A stretch of DNA of 64,000 nucleotides from Actinomycetota bacterium (GCA_021325455.1 JAJPHD010000009.1:65792-129791), one strand, 5' to 3'. Positions 20,456-30,147 are shown, numbered from the stretch's first letter. Notes: generated from the letters alone by a model not told the origin. A program made the numbers and translations.

Positions 20456-21142
20456 CTACACGTGTCCGTAGACGCCGCGAGCTTCGTCCCGCATGATCCG
20501 CCCCTGGTCCAGGGCTACCACACGCCGGCGCATCCGGTCCACGATCGAGGCGTTGTGCGTGGCCATCACCACCGTGGTCCCCGTGCGGTTGATGCGGTCC
20601 AGCAGCCGGGTGATGTCCTCCGAGGTGTCCGGGTCCAGGTTACCGGTCGGCTCGTCGGCCAGGAGGATGAGCGGCCGGTTGACGAACGCCCGGGCTATGG
20701 CCACCCGTTGCTGCTCGCCGCCCGAGAGCTGGTGAGGGAGGGCGTCCCTCCGCCGGGCCAGGCCCACCAGGTCGAGGATCTGGGGGACCTGGGCCGCGAT
20801 CACGTGCCTGGGCCGCCCGATCACCTCCAGGGCGAAGGCCACGTTCTCGAACACCGTCTTGGTGGGGAGGAGCCGGAAATCCTGGAAGACGCAGCCGATA
20901 TTGCGGCGCAGATAGGGGACCTTCCACCGGCTCAGCTGGCAGACGTTCTTGCCCGCCACCCAGATGGTGCCCTGGTCGGGGAGCTCCTCCCGCAGGACCA
21001 GGCGCAGGAGGGTGGACTTCCCCGACCCGGTGGGGCCGACGAGGAACACGAACTCACCCTTGGCGATGCTCACCGAGCAGTTGCGCAGGGCAATGACCGC
21101 GCCATGGTTGTACGTCTTGGTGACGTTCTGGAGTTCGATCAT
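20456..21142 (-). CDS. ftsE: Cell division ATPase FtsE
   Basis: [34 protein letters not shown]. Confidence 0.96.
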   Translation of the reverse strand: MIELQNVTKTYNHGAVIALRNCSVSIAKGEFVFLVGPTGSGKSTLLRLVLREELPDQGTIWVAGKNVCQLSRWKVPYLRRNIGCVFQDFRLLPTKTVFENVAFALEVIGRPRHVIAAQVPQILDLVGLARRRDALPHQLSGGEQQRVAIARAFVNRPLILLADEPTGNLDPDTSEDITRLLDRINRTGTTVVMATHNASIVDRMRRRVVALDQGRIMRDEARGVYGHV

Positions 21143-21236
21143 GGCTGGCTACGGAAGGCCCCTACGGCCACCACTCTGAGCAGCGAAGAAGGCTACCACC
21201 GGACCTCGCCGGGGCTGGTGGACCCCACCGGCCCGC

Positions 21237-22346
21237 TCACCCGCCATCCCGCCGGCTTCTCTGCCAGCGCAGGTAGGCCTCCATGAACTGGTCAAGCTCC
21301 CCGGAGAGCACGGCTTCCACGTTCCCCGTCTCCTCCCCGGTGCGGAGGTCCTTCACCAGCTGGTAGGGGGCGAGCACGTAGGAGCGGATCTGGTTCCCCC
21401 AGCCGATGTCGCCCTGGGGCCCGGATATGGCGTCCAGCTCCGCCCGCCGCTCAGCCCTCTGGCGTTCCGCCAGCTTGGCGGCCAGGATCTGGAGGGCCCG
21501 GGCCTTGTTCTGGAACTGGCTGCGCTCGTTCTGGCAGGAGACGACGATGCCGGTGGGAAGGTGGGTGATCCGCACCGCCGAGTCCGTGACGTTCACGTGC
21601 TGGCCGCCCGCTCCCGAGGACCGGTAGGTGTCGATGCGCAGGTCCTTCTCGTCCAGGTCGACCTCGTCACTGGCATCCTCCATGAAGGGGACCACATCCA
21701 GCGAGGCGAAGCTGGTCTCCCGCCTGTGGGCGCCGAAAGGGGATATGCGCACCAGCCGGTGGACCCCCCGCTCGGCAGCCAGCAGGCCGTAGGCGTAGCG
21801 GCCCCGGACGATGAAGGTGGCCGAGAGGATGCCCGCCTCCTGGCCCGGTGACACCTCGTCCACCTCCACCGAGAAGCCCCGGCGCTCGGCCCAGCGCAGG
21901 TACATGCGGAGCAGCATCTCGGCCCAGTCCTGGGCATCGGTGCCCCCCGCACCGGCATGGATGTCGGCCACCGCGTCCCGCTCGTCGTACTCCCCCCCGA
22001 AGAGGGCCCGTAGCTCGAGGGCATCGAGCTCCCTCGACAAGGAGGCCACGGCGGCCCCCACCTCCTCCTCGACTGAGTCATCCTCCTCCTCGACGGCCAG
22101 CTCGTACAGGGTCTTGGCGTCCGAGAGGCGGCCCCCCAGGGACTCGAGGAGGTCTATGTCGTCCTTGGCCCGGCCGTAGGCGGTGGTGACCTCACGAGCC
22201 CGGTCCGGGTCGTCCCACAGGTCGGGGCGCGCCACCTCCGCCTCCAGGGACTGGAGCTCGGCACGAAGCCGGGGGAGGCCGAGGTAGGCCTCGGCCTCCT
22301 CCACCCGCTTGGCCAGGGTGGCCAGCTCCCCGCTGAAGTCGCGCAC
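21237..22346 (-). CDS. prfB: Peptide chain release factor 2
   Basis: SPF and GGQ motifs, QIRSYV. Single continuous ORF. Confidence 0.96.
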   Translation of the reverse strand: MRDFSGELATLAKRVEEAEAYLGLPRLRAELQSLEAEVARPDLWDDPDRAREVTTAYGRAKDDIDLLESLGGRLSDAKTLYELAVEEEDDSVEEEVGAAVASLSRELDALELRALFGGEYDERDAVADIHAGAGGTDAQDWAEMLLRMYLRWAERRGFSVEVDEVSPGQEAGILSATFIVRGRYAYGLLAAERGVHRLVRISPFGAHRRETSFASLDVVPFMEDASDEVDLDEKDLRIDTYRSSGAGGQHVNVTDSAVRITHLPTGIVVSCQNERSQFQNKARALQILAAKLAERQRAERRAELDAISGPQGDIGWGNQIRSYVLAPYQLVKDLRTGEETGNVEAVLSGELDQFMEAYLRWQRSRRDGG

Positions 22347-22358
22347 GGCCGGGGCTGC

Positions 22359-25238
22359 TCAGGAGCGGCCGTGGCAGAGCTTGTACTTGCGCCCGCTGCC
22401 GCACCAGCAGGGCTGGTTGCGCCCCATCCTCTCCGGCTCCGGGCGGCCGGCCGGGCCGAGGCCGCCCCTGGCGGGCGGACCTGGCGGATAGGCCACCCCC
22501 GCCTCGGGCGGTCCCGGCTCCTGCCAGGTCGGCCGGCGATCGGCACCTCGTGGCCCCGCCGGGCCGGGAGGGGATGGCGGGGCACCGGCCTCAGAGGCGG
22601 GGAGCGGACCTCCGAGCACCCCATGCCCCTCCTCTCCCAGCGTGGCCAGCTCTGCGGCCGCCAGCTGGGACGCCGTCAGCTGGTCGGTGAGAACCGAGAG
22701 GTCCTGCACGGGCTCCCCTGCGCCCAGGTATTGGGCCTGGGCCAGGTCGGGCTCGGGACCGGTCTCCTCCAGGACCTCGACATGGAGCACGTAGCGGAGA
22801 TAGTCCTCGTCTATGGAGGCCATCATCTGGCCGAACATCTGGTAGCCCTCCCGCTGCCAGCTCACCAGAGGGTCCTGCTGGCCCATGGCCCTCAGGTTGA
22901 TGCCCTCTCTCAGGTAGTCCATCTCGGCCAGGTGCTCGCGCCAGCGCTGGTCGATTATCTGCAGCATGATCTCGCGTTCCAGCTCCCGGGCGGTCTCGGC
23001 TCCCCCGGGCATCTCGGCCTCCCGCCTCTCGTAGTACTCCAGCGCCTCGGCCAGGATGCTCTCGGCGATCTGCTCCGTGCTCACTGCCTCGGCCAGGTCC
23101 TCAGCGGTGAACTCGGTCGGGTAGTACTGGTGCACCTCGGCCACCAGCCGCTCGAGGTCCCAGTCCTCGGGGAACTCCCCGGGGCAGGTGTCGGCCACGA
23201 TGGTCTCGATGGCCGACTCCAGGAGCTCCACCGTCCGTGCCCGCAGGTCCTCACCGTCGATGATCTGCATGCGCCGGGCGTAGATCACCTTGCGCTGCTC
23301 GTTCATCACCTCGTCGTACTTGAGGACGTCCTTGCGGATCTCGGCGTTGCGCGCCTCGACCGTGTTCTGTGCCCGCTCTATGGCCTTGGTGACCATCCGG
23401 GCCTCGATGGGCACGTCTTCGGGCAGGGCCTTGCCCATCACCCAATTCATGGCACCGGTGGCGAAGAGGCGCATGAGCTCGTCCTCGAGGGAGAGGAAGA
23501 ACCGGCTCTCCCCGGGGTCCCCCTGCCGTCCGGACCGGCCCCGCAGCTGGTTGTCGATCCGACGGCTCTCGTGGCGCTCGCTGCCGAGCACGTACAAGCC
23601 GCCCAGCTCCTTGACGCGCTCTCCCTCCATCCGGCACTGTTCGGCGAACTTGCTCACCAGCTCGGCGAGCCGGGCCCTGCCCTCCTCGCTCGACGGGTCG
23701 GTTCCTTCGGCCAGCGCCTCCTGGAGCGCCAGGCCCTCCGGGTTGCCCCCGAGGATGATGTCCACTCCCCTACCGGCCATGTTGGTGGCCACGGTCACGG
23801 CACCCAGGCGCCCGGCCTGGGCAACGATCTGGGCCTCCCGGGCGTGCTGCTTGGCATTGAGGACGTGATGGGGTATCCCCCGCTGGGTGAGAAGGCGCGA
23901 GAGCTGCTCCGACTTGGCCACCGATGCGGTGCCGACCAGGACCGGCTGCCCCCGCTCGTGACGCTCGGCGATGTCCTCCACCACGGCAGCGAACTTGCCC
24001 GCCTCGGTCTTGAAGATGACGTCCGAGTGGTCGACGCGGATCATGGGGAGGTTGGTGGGGATCGGGACCACCGGGAGGTTGTAGGTGTTGGCGAACTCGG
24101 AGGCCTCCGTCTCGGCCGTCCCCGTCATGCCTGCCAGCTTCTCGTAGAGGCGGAAGTAGTTCTGCAGGGTGACGGTGGCCCAGGTGTGGTTCTCCTCCTT
24201 GATGGTCACCCGCTCCTTGGCCTCCACGGCCTGGTGCAGGCCGTCCGACCAGCGGCGGCCTTCCAGGATGCGCCCCGTGAACTCGTCTACGATCTTCACC
24301 TCCCCCTGGGCCACGATGTAGTCCTTGTCCCTCTTGTAGAGCTCCTTGGCCCGCAGAGCCTGGGTGAGCTGGTGGACGTAGTTCACCGCCACCGCCTCGT
24401 ACAGGTTGTCCAGGCCCAGCTGGCGCTCCACCTTGGCGATCCCCTCCTCGGTGGGGACCACGGTGCGCTTCTCCTCGTCCACCTCGTAGTCCACGTCCCT
24501 GCGCAGGGTGCGGGCCACGCTGGCGAACTGGTAGTAGAGGCGAGCCGACTCCGTCGCCGGCCCTGAGATGATGAGCGGGGTCCTGGCCTCGTCTATGAGT
24601 ATGGAGTCGACCTCGTCGACGATCGCATAGACGTGCTCCCGCTGGACCATGGCGTCCCTGGTCCGGCACATATTGTCTCGGAGGTAGTCGAAGCCGAACT
24701 CCGTGTTGGTCCCGTAGGTGACGTCGCACTCGTAGGCCGCCCTCCGCTCGGCCGAGTCCTCCATCGTGGGCAGGACGAGACCCACGTCGAGTCCAAGGAA
24801 GCGGTATATCTGGCCCATCCACTCGGCGTCCCGGGCGGCGAGGTAGTCGTTCACCGTCACCACGTGGACGCCTCGGCCCGTCAAGGCGTTGAGGTACACA
24901 GGCAGGGTGGAGACGAGGGTCTTGCCCTCGCCCGTCTTCATCTCGGCGATCCAGCCGAAATGAAGGGCCATGCCCCCCATGAGCTGGACGGGGAAGTGCC
25001 GCTGGCCGATCGTCCTCCTGGCTGCCTCCCTGACCACGGCGAAGGCCTCGACCAGCAGGTCGTCGAGATCCTCGCCCTGGTCCAGCCGCTCCCGGAACTC
25101 CACCGTCTTGTGGGCCAGGGAGATGTCGTCCAGGGCCTCGACCTCGGGCTCCCTCCCCTCGATGATGGGCACGATCTCGGCCAGCCGCCGGACCTTCTTG
25201 CCCTCGCCGGCCCGGAGCAGCTTGGTGAACATGCTCAT
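22359..25238 (-). CDS. secA: Preprotein translocase SecA
   Basis: MKTGEGKT, DEVD, QLRGRSGRQGDPG, C-terminal CWCGSGRKYKLCH. Confidence 0.98.
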   Translation of the reverse strand: MSMFTKLLRAGEGKKVRRLAEIVPIIEGREPEVEALDDISLAHKTVEFRERLDQGEDLDDLLVEAFAVVREAARRTIGQRHFPVQLMGGMALHFGWIAEMKTGEGKTLVSTLPVYLNALTGRGVHVVTVNDYLAARDAEWMGQIYRFLGLDVGLVLPTMEDSAERRAAYECDVTYGTNTEFGFDYLRDNMCRTRDAMVQREHVYAIVDEVDSILIDEARTPLIISGPATESARLYYQFASVARTLRRDVDYEVDEEKRTVVPTEEGIAKVERQLGLDNLYEAVAVNYVHQLTQALRAKELYKRDKDYIVAQGEVKIVDEFTGRILEGRRWSDGLHQAVEAKERVTIKEENHTWATVTLQNYFRLYEKLAGMTGTAETEASEFANTYNLPVVPIPTNLPMIRVDHSDVIFKTEAGKFAAVVEDIAERHERGQPVLVGTASVAKSEQLSRLLTQRGIPHHVLNAKQHAREAQIVAQAGRLGAVTVATNMAGRGVDIILGGNPEGLALQEALAEGTDPSSEEGRARLAELVSKFAEQCRMEGERVKELGGLYVLGSERHESRRIDNQLRGRSGRQGDPGESRFFLSLEDELMRLFATGAMNWVMGKALPEDVPIEARMVTKAIERAQNTVEARNAEIRKDVLKYDEVMNEQRKVIYARRMQIIDGEDLRARTVELLESAIETIVADTCPGEFPEDWDLERLVAEVHQYYPTEFTAEDLAEAVSTEQIAESILAEALEYYERREAEMPGGAETARELEREIMLQIIDQRWREHLAEMDYLREGINLRAMGQQDPLVSWQREGYQMFGQMMASIDEDYLRYVLHVEVLEETGPEPDLAQAQYLGAGEPVQDLSVLTDQLTASQLAAAELATLGEEGHGVLGGPLPASEAGAPPSPPGPAGPRGADRRPTWQEPGPPEAGVAYPPGPPARGGLGPAGRPEPERMGRNQPCWCGSGRKYKLCHGRS

Positions 25239-25396
25239 GGCGGTTCCATGCTACCGGCCCTGGCCTGGGCGTCCCGGGCGGGCAGCTACGGTCATTTCGC
25301 CCGGGATCCTCCCTGTGGCCCAGGAGAGGGCGGGGATCGCCCTGGGCCCGGCGCCCGCCGGGCTGCACGGGTCCGGGCCGCGCCGGGGAAGAGCTC

Positions 25397-26116
25397 TCAG
25401 AGCCCGTCGGTCTCTATCAACCTCTCCCGCACGGCGTACATGACAGCCTGCATCCGGGAGTGCAGATGGAGCTTCTCCAGGATGTTGCGGACGTGGTTCT
25501 TGACCGTGTTGTCGGAGATGAACAGGCGCTGCCCGATCTCCCGGTTCGAGAGCCCCTTGGCGGCCAACCCCAGGACCTCGAGCTCGCGTCCGGTGAGGAC
25601 GGGGGCGGGGAAACGAGCCTCGGCCCTCTCGGCCAGGGCCGAGAACTCGCTCAGGAGCTTGGCGGCCATGGAAGGCGTGATGAGGCTCTGGCCCTGGGCC
25701 ACGGCCCGGATGGCATCGGCCACCTGCTCGACAGAGATCTCCTTGAGCAGGTACCCGCTGGCGCCCGCCTTGACCGCCTCGAAGAGGTCCTCGTCCTCGT
25801 CGCTCACGGTGACCATGAGGATCTTGGTCGTCGGTGCCAGGGCGTGCACCGCTCGGGCCGCTTCGATACCGGTCACCTTCGGCATGCGTACGTCCATCAA
25901 GATGACGTCGGGAGCCAGCTCCTCGGCCTTGGCGACCGCCTCCTCCCCGTCCTCGGCCTCGGCCACGATCTCGATGCCCGGCTCGTCGGCCAGCACCGCC
26001 CTCAACCCCCGGCGGAAGAGGGCTTGGTCGTCGGCGATGATGACCCGCAGGGTCTGGTCGCCCGGGCCGAGCCCGGTCTCCACGCCGGTCTCGATGTCGG
26101 TGTCGGTCACGGTCAC
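25397..26116 (-). CDS. NarL/LuxR-family response regulator (no adjacent kinase)
   Basis: IADDQ, LMDVRMP receiver, LTGRELEVL...TVKNHVRNILEKL HTH. Confidence 0.92.
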   Translation of the reverse strand: MTVTDTDIETGVETGLGPGDQTLRVIIADDQALFRRGLRAVLADEPGIEIVAEAEDGEEAVAKAEELAPDVILMDVRMPKVTGIEAARAVHALAPTTKILMVTVSDEDEDLFEAVKAGASGYLLKEISVEQVADAIRAVAQGQSLITPSMAAKLLSEFSALAERAEARFPAPVLTGRELEVLGLAAKGLSNREIGQRLFISDNTVKNHVRNILEKLHLHSRMQAVMYAVRERLIETDGL

Positions 26117-26124
26117 CCCTTCGC

Positions 26125-26769
26125 TCAGATGGAGTCGATGAGGCCGATGTCCCCGTCGTTGCGCCTGTAGACCACCGCCGGCCGGTCCGTCTCTGCGTTC
26201 GTGAAGAAGAAGAAGTCGTGGGCCAGGAGGTCCATCTCGAGCACGGCCTCCTCCGGTGTCATGGGCTTGATGGCGAACTGCTTGACCTTCACGATCCGGC
26301 CGGCCCCGTCCACCGCCCCAGCCCCTCCTGCCTCATCGAGCTCCTCCTCTCCGGTGCCCGGGCTGACGCCGCCGCGCCGGGCAGAAGCGGGGCGGGAACC
26401 CGGGCGACGAACGGGGGCGGCCCCGCCAGCGGCCGCCACCTTGGGGCTGGCGTGGTGGCGGGGGTGGGACCGGCCCACCAACCTTCCCTTCAGCTTCTCC
26501 ATCCGGTGCTCCAGCTTGTCCAGCACCCGATCCACGGCCACGAGGGTGTCCGCCGCCGACGCCCGGGCCCGCAGAACCGTACCACGTCCCACGACCCTGA
26601 CCTCGCAGACCTCCTTGTCCGCTATGCGGGGGTTGCGCTCCTCGGTGAAGTTCACCTCGGCCCGCTCCACCCCGTCCAAGTACCTGCTCAGGTGCCCCAC
26701 CTTCTCCTTCACCACGGACCGAACGTCCTCGGGCACCTCGACGTTGCGGCTACGGATGGAGATGTCCAA
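26125..26769 (-). CDS. hpf: Long-form ribosome hibernation promoting factor (HPF/RaiA)
   Basis: ISIRSRNVEV...ERNPRI N-domain, PMTPEEAVLEMDLLAHDFFFF...VVYRR C-domain. TTG start with AGGGAG RBS. Confidence 0.93.
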   Translation of the reverse strand: MDISIRSRNVEVPEDVRSVVKEKVGHLSRYLDGVERAEVNFTEERNPRIADKEVCEVRVVGRGTVLRARASAADTLVAVDRVLDKLEHRMEKLKGRLVGRSHPRHHASPKVAAAGGAAPVRRPGSRPASARRGGVSPGTGEEELDEAGGAGAVDGAGRIVKVKQFAIKPMTPEEAVLEMDLLAHDFFFFTNAETDRPAVVYRRNDGDIGLIDSI

Positions 26770-26894
26770 CGCTGGCTCCCTTGCTCGTGTGGGCCGAAGC
26801 CCAAAGGTGGGGTCCGGAGGTCCGCGCCGCCTCCAGGTGGCGGTGGCCCCCCTCGGCGGGCAGTGCCCCGGGGGTCCCGGCGGGATGGAAAGGC

Positions 26895-27174
26895 GATGGG
26901 CAACGTGCGGCTGACCTGGTCTTTGCCCCCACACTCGCCTGCGGAGGAGGTGGCCGGCCGGGAGCCGGCGGCCGTGGGCCCGGGGCCCACCGCCCTGCAG
27001 CCCCCAGGGTGGCCGGCGTCGCTCCTTCACCGCCGGAGGCCGCCCATCGGCCTCTCAGCAGGCAGGTCTTACTCCTAAGCCGCACCATGCTCAGCAACCA
27101 CGGGTCGCCTTACGTGGGTCGTTTCGCCTGCGGCTGGCGTCGACTTGCAACCACAGACCCGCACGCAGCCCATC
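26895..27174 (-). ncRNA. raiA-motif structured RNA
   Basis: Minus-strand blocks GGTCTGTGGTTGCAAGTCGACGCCAGCCGCAGGCGAAACGACCCACGTAAG, TGAGCATGGTGCGGCTTAGGAGTAAGACCTGCC and GCAGGCGAGTGTGGGGGCAAAGACCAGGTCA match the raiA consensus as I recall it. Closing stem GATGGGC..CGTGCGG/CCGCACG..GCCCATC. Sits upstream of hpf. Confidence 0.88.
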
Positions 27175-27181
27175 CCCCGCG

Positions 27182-27187
27182 AGTGTA
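27182..27187 (-). promoter_or_regulatory. Candidate -10 element (TACACT) for the raiA RNA/hpf transcript
   Basis: TANNNT located 7 nt upstream of the 5' closing stem. Confidence 0.6.
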
Positions 27188-27234
27188 GGCCTGCGGCGCA
27201 GGCGGTGCGGGAGGGAGGTGGGGAGCCCCGGACC

Positions 27235-28296
27235 TCAGCCCTGGCGGAGCTGGCTCTTCAACCGGGTGAGCACGGGGGCAGGGCCGGGGTCTATGCCTGA
27301 CTGAGCTGCCAGGTGGAGCGAGACGAAGTCGCCGATCATGACCAGGTCGAGCAGCTGAGCCAGCTCCCCCTCACCGGCGGCCCGCACCTCGCACACGTCG
27401 GCCACCGCTCCGGCCAGGATCTCGCCCACCAGGGCAAAGCGCCGGGCAACCTGGGGGTGCTCTCCGTCGTGGCGGAGGTTCACGACCGTGATGAGCTTCC
27501 TGGTCACGTCGGCCAGCCTGGCCCAGCCCTCGACCTCGTTGTGGCACAGCTCGGGGTAGACGGCCCAGAAGGCCGGGGACTTGGCGTTCTCGTTGACCTG
27601 GGTCTTCCACCGCAGGGCAGCGGTCATCCCCAGGGCGCGCGAGCTGTGGACGAGGGGGATGGTGTTCCCTATCCTGGCCGCCACTTCGGCCGCCACGCTG
27701 TCCCCCCCGAGAAGCTGCTCCCGGCGGCGCCGGAGCTGGGCCACAGCCAGCTCCACCCAGCGGGAAGCGCCCGGGAACAGCCCGATGGACTCCAGCACCA
27801 CCAGGATGGGGATCGCCATGGCGCCGATGGCGGCCCGGGGCTCGGGCAGGTCGCGGGGCACCCCGACCAACGGGAGCTCGGCTCTCTGGGCCAGCTCGGC
27901 CAGCTGGCCGCCCCCGGTCACCACGACCATCTTGGCCTGCTGGCCGAGGCTCTCCCCGGCGGCCTCGACCGTCTCCTCGGTGTCGCCCGACCACGACACG
28001 GCGAAGACCAGGCTGGCTGGGCCCACGAAAGCCGGGGGGGTGTAGGACTTGACGACCGTCACCGGTACTGGCAGGTAGGGGCCCGCCACCGCCAGCACCA
28101 CGTCGCCGGCCACGCCGCTACCCCCCATGCCCAGGACCACCACGTTCTCGATCTGCTCCCGGGCGGGCAGCCCCGCCACGTCCGCCGCCCGCTCGGCTGC
28201 CGACGCCACCTGATCGGGGAGGCCGGCGTGGGCCTCCAGCATGCCTTCGCTGTCCAGCGCCCCCAGTCCCGGCACGCGCCCGGCGAGGTCGCTCAC
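27235..28296 (-). CDS. Bifunctional phosphoglucose/phosphomannose isomerase (SIS)
   Basis: GMGGSG, SWSGDTEET, NENAK, PELCHNE. GTGA overlap with Trm112 gene. Confidence 0.9.
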   Translation of the reverse strand: MSDLAGRVPGLGALDSEGMLEAHAGLPDQVASAAERAADVAGLPAREQIENVVVLGMGGSGVAGDVVLAVAGPYLPVPVTVVKSYTPPAFVGPASLVFAVSWSGDTEETVEAAGESLGQQAKMVVVTGGGQLAELAQRAELPLVGVPRDLPEPRAAIGAMAIPILVVLESIGLFPGASRWVELAVAQLRRRREQLLGGDSVAAEVAARIGNTIPLVHSSRALGMTAALRWKTQVNENAKSPAFWAVYPELCHNEVEGWARLADVTRKLITVVNLRHDGEHPQVARRFALVGEILAGAVADVCEVRAAGEGELAQLLDLVMIGDFVSLHLAAQSGIDPGPAPVLTRLKSQLRQG

Positions 28297-28628
28297 GTCG
28301 CCGTCTCCTCGCCAGGCCGGGGATGGGGAGGGCCGGAGCCGGCCTCGCTGGCGAGGTCTCCTGGCCTGGACGAGGGCGACCCGGCCGGGGCCCCGGGGTC
28401 GAAGGTGGGCTTGATGCCCTCGGCCTCGGCTTTGGCCATCAGCCGGGCGTGCTCCTCCTCCCCCACCGACTCGGCCTCCTCCACCAGCATGATGGGGATG
28501 TCGTCCCTGATGGCGTAGCGCCGGCGGAGGCGGGGGTTGTAGAGGGACTCCTCGTCGGCGAAGTAGAGGAGAGGGCCCTTGTCCTCGGGGCAGGCCAGGA
28601 TCTCCAGGAGCATGGGGTGCAGGGGCAT
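28293..28628 (-). CDS. Trm112/UPF0434 family protein
   Basis: LLEILACPEDKGPL...YAIRDDIPIMLVEEA. Confidence 0.9.
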   Translation of the reverse strand: MPLHPMLLEILACPEDKGPLLYFADEESLYNPRLRRRYAIRDDIPIMLVEEAESVGEEEHARLMAKAEAEGIKPTFDPGAPAGSPSSRPGDLASEAGSGPPHPRPGEETAT

Positions 28629-28630
28629 GG

Positions 28631-30088
28631 CTACCTTCCTTCGTCCCTCGGGCCCCCAGCGTCGTCGGCGGCGGCCGAGGCGCCCTTGCCACCGGAGCCC
28701 GGCCCGTCCCCGCCCGGCGTCCCCGCCCGGGCGGCCTCGAGGGCGGAGAGGACCTCCGCCACGTGGCGGTCGCAGGAGGCCCGGTCACCGGCCTCCAGGT
28801 TGAGGCGGAGAAGGGGCTCGGTGTTGGAGGGGCGCAGGTTGAACCACCAGTCGCCCAGGTCGGCGGTGAGCCCGTCCAGCCGGTCGAGGGAGGCCCGCCC
28901 GGCGTAGGCAGCCTCCATGGCGTCTACGACCGACCGGGGGTCGTCCACTTGGATGTTGATCTCCCCGGAGTTGGCGTAGCGTTCCAGGGGCCGGCGCAGC
29001 TCCGACAGGGGCTGACCCGCCCTGGAGACGACTTCCAGGACCACGGCGGCGGCGATCAGCCCCGAGTCCGCCCGGTAGTTGTCCCGGAAGTAGTAGTGAC
29101 CGGAGTGCTCCCCCCCGAAAACGGCCCCGGTTTCGGCCATGACGGCCTTGATGAAGGAATGGCCCACCCGGGTACGCACAGGAGTCCCCCCGGCCTCAGC
29201 GATGACCTCCGGGACCACCTTGGAGCAGATGAGGTTGTAGAGGATGGTGGCTCCGGGGTGCTTGGCGAGCATGGCCTGGGCCACGAGGGCAGTGGTGATG
29301 GAGCCCGAGAGCGGCTCGGCTTGGTCGTCGACGAGGAACACCCGGTCGGCGTCACCGTCGAAGGCCAGGCCGACGTCGGCGCCCGTCTCGCGCACCCTGG
29401 CCTGGAGGTCCACCAGGTTCTCGGGCTGGATGGGATCGGCAGGATGGTTGGGGAAGGTCCCGTCCAGGTCCCCGTAGAGGATCTCCAGGCGGAAGGGGAG
29501 CCGCTCGAACACCCGGGGGACCACCAGCCCGCCCATGCCGTTGGCGGTGTCGGCCACCACCCGGAGGGGTCTGAGCGAGGCGGCGTCGACGAAGGACACG
29601 ACGTGGTCCGCGTACTCGTCCAGGAGGTCCATGCGCTCGACCCGGCCCGGGCCGCTCCCCCCCGACCCTGGTTCGCCCCCCCCGGCCTCCTCCTGGAGGG
29701 CCATGCGCTGGATCTCGGCCAGTCCCGTGTCCTGCCCCACCGGGCGGGCCCCTGCCAGGCACAGCTTGATCCCGTTGTAGCGGGCCGGGTTGTGGGAGGC
29801 GGTGAACATGGCTCCCGGGGCGTCGAGGTGCCCCGACGCGAAGTAGAGCAGGTCCGTCGAGGCCAGGCCGAGGTCGACGACCGCCGCCCCCTCGGCCGTG
29901 GCCCCGTCCACGAAGGCCGCCACCAGCTCCGGGCCGGAGGGCCGCATGTCCCGGGCCACCAGCAGGCGCTCAGCGCCTGTGAAGCGGGCAAAGGCGGCCC
30001 CGACTGCCCGGGACAGGGCAGAATCCAGCTCGTCAGGAACGACGCCGCGCACGTCGTAAGCCTTGAAGACCGAGGCTGGAGCGGGCAT
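28631..30088 (-). CDS. manB: Phosphomannomutase/phosphoglucomutase
   Basis: FKAYDVRG, TASHNP, FDGDADR, GGEHSGH, RPSNTEP. Confidence 0.94.
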   Translation of the reverse strand: MPAPASVFKAYDVRGVVPDELDSALSRAVGAAFARFTGAERLLVARDMRPSGPELVAAFVDGATAEGAAVVDLGLASTDLLYFASGHLDAPGAMFTASHNPARYNGIKLCLAGARPVGQDTGLAEIQRMALQEEAGGGEPGSGGSGPGRVERMDLLDEYADHVVSFVDAASLRPLRVVADTANGMGGLVVPRVFERLPFRLEILYGDLDGTFPNHPADPIQPENLVDLQARVRETGADVGLAFDGDADRVFLVDDQAEPLSGSITTALVAQAMLAKHPGATILYNLICSKVVPEVIAEAGGTPVRTRVGHSFIKAVMAETGAVFGGEHSGHYYFRDNYRADSGLIAAAVVLEVVSRAGQPLSELRRPLERYANSGEINIQVDDPRSVVDAMEAAYAGRASLDRLDGLTADLGDWWFNLRPSNTEPLLRLNLEAGDRASCDRHVAEVLSALEAARAGTPGGDGPGSGGKGASAAADDAGGPRDEGR

Positions 30089-30127
30089 GGCAGGCAGAGA
30101 CTAACCCAAACGGCCGCCCGGGGCCCA

Positions 30128-30147
30128 GGGCCGGGCGGGCCCGGCCC
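30128..30147 (-). terminator. GC hairpin downstream of the large membrane protein gene
   Basis: GGGCCGGG-CGGG-CCCGGCCC inverted repeat, no U-tract. Confidence 0.3.

Noticed and set aside
22260-22300. Programmed +1 frameshift in prfB
   Set aside because: No CTT-TGA site and the ORF is continuous, as is usual in Actinomycetota.
22371-24566. Long antisense and alternate-frame ORFs (this one, 30321-33011, 34163-36331 and many others)
   Set aside because: Shadow ORFs expected from GC3-rich genes. They have no motifs and fully overlap well-supported CDS.
26750-27097. 115-aa ORF upstream of hpf, and the 5' extension of hpf to 27030
   Set aside because: The sequence is better explained by the raiA RNA, and the translation has no protein-like features.
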